From: an uncultured Bifidobacteriaceae bacterium
Lineage (GTDB): Bacteria > Acidobacteriota > Vicinamibacteria > Vicinamibacterales > UBA2999
Direction of reading: 5' to 3'
Assembly (NCBI GenBank): GCA_964574545.1
Contig: CAZNOC010000001.1
Location: forward strand, 3,245-67,244
DNA length: 64,000 nucleotides
Shown: in pieces, positions 43,215 to 52,543 of the stretch
Numbering within the stretch: position 1 is the stretch's first letter
Layout: every line of letters starts with the position of its first letter
The notes under the pieces: model-generated
What the model was told of the DNA's origin: nothing
What the model saw: the letters and a program-made list of their open reading frames with translations, nothing else
Databases searched by the model: none
Translations under genes and position numbers: made by a program

Positions 43215-45452
43215 ATGATGATGCTCACTCTACGACGCGGTGCCGTGGGGGCTCTGATCCTCGCTGGCTTCGTCATCGGGCTTTCGCGGAGCCCGGAGAC
43301 GGCCGCGCTGGCCGTCGCCGACGCGGAGAGCTGGCCCGAGTGGCGTGGGCCGTCACGCGACGGGCGCTCGACCGAGACGAACCTGCCGTCGGCGTGGTCC
43401 CCAGACGGGGAGAATCTGGCGTGGCGCATCCCGTACGGGGGGCGTTCGGCCCCAGTGGCGTTCGGTGACCGTTTGTATCTGCTGACCGCGGTTGGGGATC
43501 CGGCCTCGACGCAGGAGCAGCTGGTGGCGATCGAGGCCCAGACGGGCAAGGTGGTGTGGGAGCGCCGGTTCAGCGTGTACCTGAGCGACGTGCCGCAGCA
43601 CCGGGCCGCATGGGCGTCGCCAGCTGTGGATCCCGAGACCGGGACCATCTACGTATTTACGGTTGGCGCCGAGCTCATCGCGCTGTCGCCCTCCGGAGAC
43701 GTCCTCTGGCGCCGATCGATGCCCGAAGAACACGGCGCCGTCACGACGCACGGGGGCCGCACCACCTCGCCGATCATCGAGGGCGACCTGGTCATCCTGA
43801 ACGCGCTCATCCTCGCGTGGGGCGATCTCAGCCGTCCCGGCAACCGGTACTTCGCCTTCAACAAGCGCACGGGCGAGACCGTCTGGATCACCTCGCCGCA
43901 GGTGCGCCACTACGACACCAACTACTCGATGCCGATCGTCGTGGATCAGGACGGCGAGCGCCTGCTGATCGTCGGCGGCACGGACGGCGCCTTCCACGCC
44001 ATCCGGGTCCACACGGGCACGCCCGTCTGGCGGTTCGACGTCAGCAAGCGCGCGATCCTGAACAGCGCCCTCTACCGCGACGGCGTCGCCTACATCACGC
44101 ACGGCGAGGAGAACCTGGGCACCACGCAGATGGGCATGGTGGCGGCGGTCGATGCCCGCCGCACCGGCGACCTGACGCCCGAGGACTTCAAGTGGCGCAC
44201 GCTGGGCTTCATGCCGACGTTCTCCTCGCCCGTCATGGACGACGAGCGCCTGTATTCGGTGGACAACGGCGCCGTGCTCGGGGCCTTCGACCTGAAGACG
44301 GGCAAGGAACTCTGGAATCGCAGCCTCGGCACTCTGCAGAAGGGGTCGCCTGTGCTTGCCGACGGCAAGCTGTACGTCGGCACCGAGAACGGGCGCGTGT
44401 TCATCCTGCGCCCCTCGGCGAGCGGCGTCGAGGTACTCAGCGAGCAGATGCTGGGAGACCCGGCGAATCCCGAGCCCATTGTCGCCTCACCCATCGTGGT
44501 CGATGGCCGTCTCTACATCACGTCCATGTACGCGATGTACGCCATCGGCGAACGGCGTCCGTCCGCGTCTCCCGCGCCTCGTCCCGCCGCGCGTGCGCCG
44601 CACGCCGGCGACGGCGTGGTGGCGCACGTGCAGGTGTTCCCCTACGAGGCGTTACTTTCTCCCGGCGCCACGCAGGCGTTCACGCTGAGGCTCTACGACG
44701 CCAAGGGCAACCTCATTCGGGAGGAGGCCGCGGACAAGGCCACCTGGACGGTCGATCAACTGGATGGCACGGTGGCGGCCGGGACCTACACCGCCCCGGC
44801 GTCGGGTCCGTCGGCCGGGTTCGTGAAGGCGGCCGTCGGTGGTGTCACCGGTCAGGCCCGCGTCCGCGTGGTGCCGCCCCTGCCGTGGACGTTCGACTTC
44901 GAGAGTCCCGCCAGCGAGCAGCCGCCTTCGTGGTGGGTGGGTGCCGCGGGCAAGGTACAGCAGCGCGCGGTCGAGGGCGTCGGCAACGTCCTCCTTCGTC
45001 CGCGTGACGATACCGTGGGCCGCCGCGCGAAGATCCTGATGGGCATGCCGGACTGGAGCGGGTATACCGTCCAGGCCGACGTCCGCGGGCGCGAGCAGCG
45101 CCGGCAGCGCGGCGACGCCGGCCTGATCAACCAGCGGTATGCGCTCGTGCTCTTCGGCAACGGCCAGAAGCTCGAGCTGCACCCGTGGCAGGCGGCCGAC
45201 GAGATGACCGTGCTGGTGCCGTTTGCCTGGGACGCCGACACCTGGTACCGGATGAAGCTGCGGGTCGACAATCAGGCGGATGGCACGACGCTCGTGCGCG
45301 GCAAGGTCTGGCCGGCGGATTCGACGGAGCCCGAAGCCTGGACGATTGAGAAGGTCGATCGCATTCCGCATGTCGAAGGCGCACCCGGCCTCTATGCCGA
45401 TGGCATCTCCGACATGTACTTCGACAACTTGCAGGTCACTCCGAACCGGTAA
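43215..45452 (+). CDS. secreted PQQ-like beta-propeller protein with C-terminal Ig-like (Big_2-like) and concanavalin/DUF1080-like domains
   Basis: N-terminal signal/anchor. 'WPEWRGPSRDG' and repeated 'G..V.A.D..TG..(L/V)W' propeller blades. 'VQVFPYEALLSPGATQAFTLRLYD...GTYTAPASG' is Ig-like. The C-terminus ends '...GISDMYFDNLQVTPNR'. Confidence 0.7.
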   Translation: MMMLTLRRGAVGALILAGFVIGLSRSPETAALAVADAESWPEWRGPSRDGRSTETNLPSAWSPDGENLAWRIPYGGRSAPVAFGDRLYLLTAVGDPASTQEQLVAIEAQTGKVVWERRFSVYLSDVPQHRAAWASPAVDPETGTIYVFTVGAELIALSPSGDVLWRRSMPEEHGAVTTHGGRTTSPIIEGDLVILNALILAWGDLSRPGNRYFAFNKRTGETVWITSPQVRHYDTNYSMPIVVDQDGERLLIVGGTDGAFHAIRVHTGTPVWRFDVSKRAILNSALYRDGVAYITHGEENLGTTQMGMVAAVDARRTGDLTPEDFKWRTLGFMPTFSSPVMDDERLYSVDNGAVLGAFDLKTGKELWNRSLGTLQKGSPVLADGKLYVGTENGRVFILRPSASGVEVLSEQMLGDPANPEPIVASPIVVDGRLYITSMYAMYAIGERRPSASPAPRPAARAPHAGDGVVAHVQVFPYEALLSPGATQAFTLRLYDAKGNLIREEAADKATWTVDQLDGTVAAGTYTAPASGPSAGFVKAAVGGVTGQARVRVVPPLPWTFDFESPASEQPPSWWVGAAGKVQQRAVEGVGNVLLRPRDDTVGRRAKILMGMPDWSGYTVQADVRGREQRRQRGDAGLINQRYALVLFGNGQKLELHPWQAADEMTVLVPFAWDADTWYRMKLRVDNQADGTTLVRGKVWPADSTEPEAWTIEKVDRIPHVEGAPGLYADGISDMYFDNLQVTPNR

Positions 45453-45459
45453 TCGAATT

Positions 45460-46908
45460 ATGACGCGTGTGCTGCTCGCCCTTGCCCTTGCCGCCGCCAC
45501 CATCCTCCCGGCTGGGACCGCCTCGGACGGCGACTGGCCGATGTGGGGGGGTACCCCCGACCGGAACATGGTCTCCCCGATGACGGGGCTGCCGACGGAG
45601 TGGGATGTCAGGACGGGTACGAACGTGAAGTGGGTGGCGGAGCTCGGCTCCCAGTCCTACGGCAATCCCGTCGTCGCCGGCGGCGTGGTGCTCGTCGGGA
45701 CGAATAACGAAGCGCTGCGGGACCCGAAGCAGGCGGGCGACCGCGGCGTCCTGAAGGCGTTCCGCGAGTCCGACGGCGAGTTCCTCTGGCAGGCCACCCA
45801 CGAGAAGCTGGCGTCGGGCCGCGCGAACGACTGGCCGTTCCAGGGGATCGCGAGCTCCCCGCTCATCATCGGGAACGTGGCCTACTACGTGTCGAACCGG
45901 GCCGAGGTGATCGCGATCGACATCCACGGGTTCCGCGACGGGGAGAACACCGGCCCCTTCACGGACGAAACGCTGACGGGGCCGAACGATCCTGACTTCA
46001 TCTGGATCTACGACATGATGGAGGAGGTCGGGGCCTTCCCGCACAACCTCGCCAACTCGTCGCCGGTCGCGCACGGCGACCTGATCTTCCTGAGCACCTC
46101 GAACGGACAGGACGAGAGCCACGTGAACGTGCCGTCGCCAAAGGCGCCGTCCATCATCGCCCTCAATCGGCTGACCGGCGAGCTCGTCTGGGAGGACAAC
46201 TCCGTCGAGGACCGCATCCTGCACGGGCAGTGGTCCGCCCCCGCCCTCGGGATGATCGGCGGCGTGATGCAGGTCGTCCACGCGCAGGGAGACGGCTGGA
46301 TCCGCGGCTACGTGGCCGAGACCGGCGAGAAGCTGTGGGAGTTCGACACGAACCCCAAGGACTCGGTGTGGCCGAAGACCCGGAACGAAGTCATCAGCAC
46401 CCCGGTCGTCTACGACAACGTGGTCTACATCTCGAACGGGCAGGATCCCGAGCACGGCGAAGGGGTCGCGCACGCGTATGCGATCGATGGCACGAAGCGG
46501 GGCGACATCACCGACACGGGCCGGATCTGGCACTACCAGAAGATCCGCCGTTCGATCTCGACGCCCGCCATCAAGGATGGCCTGATCTACATGGCGGATT
46601 TCAGCGGCTTCCTGCACTGCCTCGACCTGAAGACCGGCGAGCCGCTCTGGGTTCACGACATGTTCGCGGCGATCTGGGGATCACCTATCATCATCGACGA
46701 CAAGGTCTATCTCGGCGACGAGGACGGCGATATCACGGTCCTGGCGCACGGGAGGGAACTGAAGGTGCTGAGCGAGCAGAACATGGGGAGTTCGGTCTAC
46801 GCGACGCCCGTGCCCGCCAACGGCGCGTTGCTCATCATGAATCGGAATCAGCTGTACTCGCTGGCCGAGGGAGCCACGCTCAAGCCGGCCACCTCCGGCG
46901 GGCGCTGA
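45460..46908 (+). CDS. secreted PQQ-like beta-propeller protein
   Basis: The ATG at 45460 gives the signal peptide 'MTRVLLALALAAATILPAGTA'. 'DWPMWGGTPDRN', 'LNRLTGELVWE', 'ETGEKLWEF' and 'LKTGEPLWVH' are blade motifs. Confidence 0.75.
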   Translation: MTRVLLALALAAATILPAGTASDGDWPMWGGTPDRNMVSPMTGLPTEWDVRTGTNVKWVAELGSQSYGNPVVAGGVVLVGTNNEALRDPKQAGDRGVLKAFRESDGEFLWQATHEKLASGRANDWPFQGIASSPLIIGNVAYYVSNRAEVIAIDIHGFRDGENTGPFTDETLTGPNDPDFIWIYDMMEEVGAFPHNLANSSPVAHGDLIFLSTSNGQDESHVNVPSPKAPSIIALNRLTGELVWEDNSVEDRILHGQWSAPALGMIGGVMQVVHAQGDGWIRGYVAETGEKLWEFDTNPKDSVWPKTRNEVISTPVVYDNVVYISNGQDPEHGEGVAHAYAIDGTKRGDITDTGRIWHYQKIRRSISTPAIKDGLIYMADFSGFLHCLDLKTGEPLWVHDMFAAIWGSPIIIDDKVYLGDEDGDITVLAHGRELKVLSEQNMGSSVYATPVPANGALLIMNRNQLYSLAEGATLKPATSGGR

Positions 46909-48047
46909 TGCGGCGTCGCGAGTTCCTGGCGGCCCTGGCGGCGACCGGCCTCTCGTTGCACCCGGGCGTGCGGGTGTGGGCCCAGTCCGGGGCGCCCCTG
47001 TCGGCCCCCGCCGATCGCTGGCCGCAGTTTCGTGGCACCGCCGGGCTGACCGGCGTGAGCGCATCGCCGGTGCCGGCACAAATCGGCCTGCGCTGGACCT
47101 GGGAGGCGCCGGAGCCCATCGACTCCTCAGCCGCGATCGTGGACGGCACGGTGTTCGTTGGGGCCGGCACGGGCGAACTCGTCGCCCTGACCCTGGCCGA
47201 GGGCACGCTCCGCTGGCGCTACAAGGCAGGGGAGTCCATCGGGGAGTCGTCGCCGACGGTCGCCGATGGGCGGGTGTTCATCGGCGATCTTGACGGCCTG
47301 TGCCACGCGGTACGCGCGACCGACGGCACGCGGATCTGGACGTTCAAGACTCCCGCCGAGATCAAGTCCTCGCCCGTCGTCGTGGGCGATACCGTGGTCA
47401 TCGGTTCGTACGACGGCGTGTTGTACGGCCTCGGCGCGGCGGACGGGAAGCAGCGGTGGGCCGTCTCGACCGACAACTACGTGCACGGCACGCCGGCCAT
47501 CGTGGACGGCGTCGCCTACTTCGCGGGGTGCGACGAGATCTTCCACGCCGTGCGTGTCAGTGACGGTCGCAAGCTGTACGAAACGTCGGCGACCGCCTAT
47601 ACCGGTGCGTCGGTGGCGATCGCCGGGGGCGTGGCCTACTACGGCACGTTCGACAATCAGGTGGTCGCGCTCGACCTCGCCACACGGCGGATCCGCTGGC
47701 AGTACGAGCATCCCGACCGGAAGTTCCCGTACTATTCCTCGGCGGCCGTCGTCGACGGGAAGGTCATTCTCGGCGGGCGTGACCGGTTCGTGAAGGCGCT
47801 CGATGCGGCGACGGGCAAGGAAGTCTGGGCCCACATGACCCGGGCGCGCGTGGAGTCGTCGCCGGCCGTCGCGGGCGGGCGGGTGTTCATCGGCGGCAAC
47901 GACGGGCGCTTCTACGTGCTCGACTTCGCGTCTGGAAAGGTCCTGTGGGAGCACGAAGAGGGCGCCCCGCTGCAGGCCTCCCCCGCCGTCGCCTCCGGAC
48001 GCATCGTGATCGGGTCCTCCGACGGCCGCCTGCTCTGCTTCGGCTGA
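46908..48047 (+). CDS. PQQ-like beta-propeller protein with twin-arginine signal
   Basis: ATG at 46908 (TGATG). 'MRRREFLAALAATGLSL' is Tat-like. 'RWPQFRGTAGLTG'. It has eight-fold 'DG.V(F/Y)(I/V)G..DG.(L/F)(Y/H)A(L/V)...G...W' repeats. Confidence 0.8.
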   Translation: MRRREFLAALAATGLSLHPGVRVWAQSGAPLSAPADRWPQFRGTAGLTGVSASPVPAQIGLRWTWEAPEPIDSSAAIVDGTVFVGAGTGELVALTLAEGTLRWRYKAGESIGESSPTVADGRVFIGDLDGLCHAVRATDGTRIWTFKTPAEIKSSPVVVGDTVVIGSYDGVLYGLGAADGKQRWAVSTDNYVHGTPAIVDGVAYFAGCDEIFHAVRVSDGRKLYETSATAYTGASVAIAGGVAYYGTFDNQVVALDLATRRIRWQYEHPDRKFPYYSSAAVVDGKVILGGRDRFVKALDAATGKEVWAHMTRARVESSPAVAGGRVFIGGNDGRFYVLDFASGKVLWEHEEGAPLQASPAVASGRIVIGSSDGRLLCFG

Positions 48048-48090
48048 CACGCCGACACCACAAACGCGAAGCTCACGACAGCGACGTCGT

Positions 48091-48105
48091 GAAGGGAAGC
48101 CCTTC
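48091..48105. terminator. short hairpin between convergent genes
   Basis: GAAGGG-aag-CCCTTC (6-bp stem, 3-nt loop) in the 72-nt gap between the 48047 (+) and 48120 (-) gene ends. No clear U-tract. Confidence 0.25.
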
Positions 48106-48119
48106 GTGCTTGGACGAAA

Positions 48120-48935
48120 TCAGCGGAACTCGATCGTGACAACCGGGTCGTTGAACTTCAGACCCTTCAGCCCCTTCAGGTAAGGCCGCATCTCCGCGAT
48201 GGAGGCGCCCGGGCCGATCTTGCCCTCCATCGCCTTCAGCGCCGCCTCGTCCTCGAAGAGGGCTCCGAGGTCCATCTCGAGCAGCGTCACCCTCGGCCCC
48301 GCCACATGGTCGGCGTTGGTCTTGAGCAGCGTCCCTGCCACCTCGAGATCGATGGACACGCGGAAGCCCTCGAACATGCTCTTGATCATCTGGAGCATCT
48401 GCGGATCCGCCAGCCCGCCCGGCGGCATCATCCCGCCGGCGTCCTCCCCCGCAGCCGTGGGCGAGACGGACGGCTCGTCGATGGTCACGGTCAGCACCGA
48501 GGAGCCGCCGGGCTGCCGGGTCATCGCAAACCTGACCGGCGACGTCTTCTGCTCCGTCGAGGGCATCATCCCGCTCCCGGCACCCGGGTCCTGATCGATG
48601 CGCAATTCGTTGATGTCGTCGAACGCGAAGATCGCCTTGGCGCCCTCGAAGCCGCCGGCCTTGACCGGCTCCGTCGAGACGACGCGCACGCCCTTGCCCA
48701 TGCGTTCGGCGGCGCGTTTCAGGTCGGCCTCGCTCGCCATGCCTGACGAGGACGAAGAGGTCTGCTCGCCGCCGAGGCTCGACATCATCATCTTCATGGC
48801 CTGGAGATTCGCCATCATCGTCTGTTCGACCGTGCCGCTGCCGTCCGGCTGAACCTTGATGAGGGTGGTGCTCGAGATGCAGCCTGTCGTGAGCAGGGCC
48901 GCCACGGCGACGGGAGCGAGTCGATACAGGACCAT
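48120..48935 (-). CDS. Met-rich lipoprotein of unknown function
   Basis: The ATG at 48935 is preceded by GGAGG (5-nt spacing). Lipobox 'LLTTGC'. 20 Met in 271 aa, clustered in 'TMMANLQAMKMMMSS', 'GSGMMPS', 'GGMMPPGG' and 'PQMLQMIKSMF'. Confidence 0.7.
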   Translation of the reverse strand: MVLYRLAPVAVAALLTTGCISSTTLIKVQPDGSGTVEQTMMANLQAMKMMMSSLGGEQTSSSSSGMASEADLKRAAERMGKGVRVVSTEPVKAGGFEGAKAIFAFDDINELRIDQDPGAGSGMMPSTEQKTSPVRFAMTRQPGGSSVLTVTIDEPSVSPTAAGEDAGGMMPPGGLADPQMLQMIKSMFEGFRVSIDLEVAGTLLKTNADHVAGPRVTLLEMDLGALFEDEAALKAMEGKIGPGASIAEMRPYLKGLKGLKFNDPVVTIEFR

Positions 48936-48976
48936 GGGTTCCTCCGGTTGACGCCCATCATACCTATACTGGACGT

Positions 48977-49786
48977 ATGGAGCGCGAAGGCGGCGGGCGC
49001 ACGGCACTGGTCACCGGCGCCTCGGCGGGTATCGGCGCCGGGTTCGCGCGGCACCTCGCCGGGCTCGGGTACGGCCTCATCCTGACGTCGAGGCGCGCCG
49101 ACCGCCTCGAGCACCTCGGGGCTGAGCTGGCGGCGGCGCACGAGGTTCCCGTCATCGTCATTCCGGCCGACCTGGCCGACCCCTCGACTCCCGGCCGGCT
49201 GCTGGCGGAGATCGGTGCTCGCGGGTGGCGAGTGGACGTGCTGATCAACAACGCCGGCTACGGTGTGCCGGGCACGTTTCTGCGGGCGTCGTGGGAGACG
49301 CATGCCGCGTTCCTGCAGGTGATGGTCATGGCCATGTGCGAACTGGCATATCTCACGCTCCCCGGCATGCAGGCCCGCGGCTGGGGTCGCATCGTCAACG
49401 TCGCGTCGTTTGCGGCGCTCGTGCCCGGCGTGGCCGGCCATACGCAGTACGCCGCGTCCAAGGCCTTCCTCGTCCGCTTCTCCGAGTCGCTCGCGCTCGA
49501 GACCGCCCCCCACGGCGTCCACGTCACGGCGGCGTGCCCGGGCTTCACCTACACCGAGTTCCACGACGTCATGGGCACCCGCGCACAGGTGAGTCAGCTC
49601 CCCCGGTGGATGTGGCTGGACGCCAGGACGGTCGTCGAGGAAAGCTGGGCCGCCGTCAACGCGGGCCGGCCGGTCGTGACGAACGGCCGCGTCTACCGGG
49701 CACTCGCCGTCCTCGTGCGCCTGCTGCCACAGCGCTTCGTCCTGGCGGCCATGCGAAGAAACGCCTCCAAGTTTCGGAAGACCTGA
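48977..49786 (+). CDS. SDR family oxidoreductase
   Basis: 'TGASAGIG' cofactor motif, 'NNAG' and catalytic 'YAASK'. Confidence 0.85.
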   Translation: MEREGGGRTALVTGASAGIGAGFARHLAGLGYGLILTSRRADRLEHLGAELAAAHEVPVIVIPADLADPSTPGRLLAEIGARGWRVDVLINNAGYGVPGTFLRASWETHAAFLQVMVMAMCELAYLTLPGMQARGWGRIVNVASFAALVPGVAGHTQYAASKAFLVRFSESLALETAPHGVHVTAACPGFTYTEFHDVMGTRAQVSQLPRWMWLDARTVVEESWAAVNAGRPVVTNGRVYRALAVLVRLLPQRFVLAAMRRNASKFRKT

Positions 49787-49896
49787 CCCGCCCCGGCGAT
49801 CGCGCCGGGCCCGTGCGGGAACTCCAGCGCCGCCTCTCCGTATCTGTTCCCTGACAGCCAAGTGGCCCGGACGACGGGTGGCTCACGGGGGACGGG

Positions 49897-52386
49897 ATGA
49901 TCGAGGCGCTCGGCAAGGACATCAGGTACGCGGTCCGCTGGCTGCGGCGCAGCCCGGGCTTTTCCCTCGTGGCGATCCTGTCGCTGGGGCTCGGTATCGG
50001 CTTCAACAGCGCCATTTTCGCCGTCGTCGATCGGCTGCTGCTGCGGCCGCTGCCGGTCGAGGCGCCGGACCGGCTCGTCGAGATCTACACCGACAGCCCC
50101 GGTGGGAATCCGTACGCGACCTCCTCGGTGCTCGACTACCGGGACCTCGCCGAGCGGACCACGGTGTTCGAGGCCATGACGGCCTACTCGCCGATGTTCG
50201 CGGCGGTCAACCTCGGGGAACGCGCGCGCCTCCAGTTCGGCGAGGTGGTCACCGGCACCTACTTCGACGTGCTTGGCCTCGACGCCGTCATCGGCCGCAC
50301 GCTGCAGCCGACCGACGATCGACCCGGCGCCCCCCGCGTGGTCGTGCTTTCGTACGCGTTCTGGCAGCGCGCGTTCGGTGGGGATCCGGCGGTGCTCGGG
50401 CGGACCCTCAAGATCCGTGGCCAGGTGTACGACATCATCGGCGTCGCGCCCCGCGGCTACACGGGGATGGTGCAGATGCTGTCGCCGGACGTGTTCATCA
50501 CCGTGGCGAACGTCGAGGACGTGGAGCCCGCCGGCATGCAGACGGCGGTGCCCTCGCCGACGGGCACGAGCCGCCTCGATCGCCGCGGCCAGCGCTGGCT
50601 GTTCCTCAAGGGCCGGCTGAAGCCGGGCGTGACCGCCGCCGAGGCGCAGGCCAACCTCGATGTGGTGTCGGCGCAGCTGCGCGCCGAGCATCCGGTCACC
50701 AACGTGGATCGGCGCGCGATCGTGGTGCCTACCACCGACGTGCGTGTCCACCCGGAAGCGGACGGTGCGATCACCTGGGCCGTCACGGGGACGATGGCGG
50801 CCGTCGGCCTGGTGCTGCTCATCGCGTGCGCGAACGTCGCCGGGATGCTGCTGGCGCGTGCCTCAGCGCGCCAGAAGGAGATCAGCATCCGGATGGCGGT
50901 CGGCGCGAGCCGCCGGCGGCTGGTGCAGCAGCTGTTGACGGAGAGCCTTGTTCTGGCCGCGCTCGGGGCCTCGACGGGCGTCGCGTTTGCGTGGTGGCTG
51001 ACTCGGGCGATCAGCGGCCTGAGCCTGCCCATTCCCGTACCGTTGGCCCTCGACGTCTCACTCGACTGGCGCGTCCTCGCCTTCACGAGCCTCGCCGCCG
51101 GGGTCACCGGCGTCGTGGCCGGGCTGGTGCCAGCGGTCCGCGCGTCGCGGCAGGAGCTCGTGCCGGACCTGAAGGGCGAAGTCGTGGGAGGGCGCGTGGC
51201 CGGCCGCCGGATCGCGTTGCGCGACGTGCTCGTGGTGGGGCAGGTCGCGGTGACGGGGCTGCTGCTCGTCAGCGCGGGGCTGCTGCTGCGCAGCGTGAGC
51301 GCCGCCGACCAGGCGGGCGTCGGATTCCGCGCCGATGGACTGGCCGTCGTCGGACTCGATCTCGGGATGCTGCGCTACGACGAGGCGCGGGCGGAGCAGT
51401 TCTTCGAGGAGGCGGACCGGCGCCTGCGCGAGATCCCTGGCGTCGTGTCGGCGGCACGCGCGTCACGGTTGCCGTTCTCGCTGAACTACAACCAGAGCAA
51501 CATCGCCGTGCCCGGGCACCAGCAGGCACCGGAGGAGATGGGGCCCGCGATCGATTCGGCCGTCGTGTCGCCCTCCTTCTTCGAGACGTTGGAAATCCCG
51601 ATCCTCGAAGGGCGGGCCCTGACGGCACTCGACACGCTGGATGCCCCGCGCGTCGCCGTCATCAACGAGACGATGGCCCGTCGGTACTGGCCTGGAGCCC
51701 GTGCGGTGGGCCAGGTGTTCTATGAGCGCACGCTCTCGAGCGGCCGCCCCGTCGAGATCGTCGGCGTGGTGGGCGACCATCGACTGCGCACGGTGGGCGA
51801 GGGCGACCTGCCCGCGATCTACCGGCCGACCACGCAGGACCGGAATGCGTACGGCGTGCTCGTGGCACGCACACGCGGCGACGAGACGGCGCTGCTCGCG
51901 GAGATGCGCCGGGTGCTGCTGGCCATGGAGCCCGACGTGCTCTTCCTGGACAACCAGACGATGCGGCAGCAGATGTCGGCGACGCTGTTCCCGGTGCGCG
52001 CGGCGGCGACGCTCGTGACCGCGTTTGGTGGCGTGGGCCTGCTGCTGGCCGCCATCGGGCTCTACGGGGTCATCGCGTTCTCCGTGTCGAGGCGCACCCG
52101 TGAGATCGGCATCCGGATGGCGATCGGGGCGCGGCCGTCGGACGTGCTCTCCCTGGTGCTCCGCCAGGGCGCGGTGATCGCCGGCGTCGGCCTGGCGGCT
52201 GGCTTCGCGTTGGCGGCGGCAGCCACGCAGGTCGTGGCCGGGGCGCTTTATGGGGTGGGCGTCGCCGACCCGGTCGCCTGGGGTGGGGCGGCCGCGGTGC
52301 TCGTCGCCGCGACCGCGCTCGCCAACGTCCTGCCCGCGCGCCGCGCGATGCAGGTGAATCCCGTGCAGGCCCTGCGCGCCGACTGA
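49897..52386 (+). CDS. duplicated MacB/FtsX-type ABC transporter permease (ADOP family)
   Basis: 'LGKDIRYAVRWLRRSPGFSLVAILSLGLGIGFNSAIFAVVDRLLLRPLP' is the typical ADOP N-terminus. The 829-aa protein has two FtsX-like 4-TM modules. Confidence 0.85.
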   Translation: MIEALGKDIRYAVRWLRRSPGFSLVAILSLGLGIGFNSAIFAVVDRLLLRPLPVEAPDRLVEIYTDSPGGNPYATSSVLDYRDLAERTTVFEAMTAYSPMFAAVNLGERARLQFGEVVTGTYFDVLGLDAVIGRTLQPTDDRPGAPRVVVLSYAFWQRAFGGDPAVLGRTLKIRGQVYDIIGVAPRGYTGMVQMLSPDVFITVANVEDVEPAGMQTAVPSPTGTSRLDRRGQRWLFLKGRLKPGVTAAEAQANLDVVSAQLRAEHPVTNVDRRAIVVPTTDVRVHPEADGAITWAVTGTMAAVGLVLLIACANVAGMLLARASARQKEISIRMAVGASRRRLVQQLLTESLVLAALGASTGVAFAWWLTRAISGLSLPIPVPLALDVSLDWRVLAFTSLAAGVTGVVAGLVPAVRASRQELVPDLKGEVVGGRVAGRRIALRDVLVVGQVAVTGLLLVSAGLLLRSVSAADQAGVGFRADGLAVVGLDLGMLRYDEARAEQFFEEADRRLREIPGVVSAARASRLPFSLNYNQSNIAVPGHQQAPEEMGPAIDSAVVSPSFFETLEIPILEGRALTALDTLDAPRVAVINETMARRYWPGARAVGQVFYERTLSSGRPVEIVGVVGDHRLRTVGEGDLPAIYRPTTQDRNAYGVLVARTRGDETALLAEMRRVLLAMEPDVLFLDNQTMRQQMSATLFPVRAAATLVTAFGGVGLLLAAIGLYGVIAFSVSRRTREIGIRMAIGARPSDVLSLVLRQGAVIAGVGLAAGFALAAAATQVVAGALYGVGVADPVAWGGAAAVLVAATALANVLPARRAMQVNPVQALRAD

Positions 52387-52543
52387 CGCGAGGGGTTCCC
52401 CGTTGATGACAAACAGTGACATCTCGGCCGCCTGAGCCGGCGCGCCGTCATGGCGTTGCCTCCAATGGGCGGGCCCATTTCGGAGGCGCCCTGATATGAT
52501 GTCGAGTCACGCCCGCACATTGCTGGCGTAAGCGGGAGGCACG

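Noticed and set aside
48948-48970. TTGACG ... TATACT as a sigma-70 promoter for the SDR gene at 48977
   Set aside because: The spacer is only 11 nt, so it is not a canonical -35/-10 pair. TATACT 6 nt before the ATG could imply a leaderless mRNA, but that is too speculative to list as a feature.
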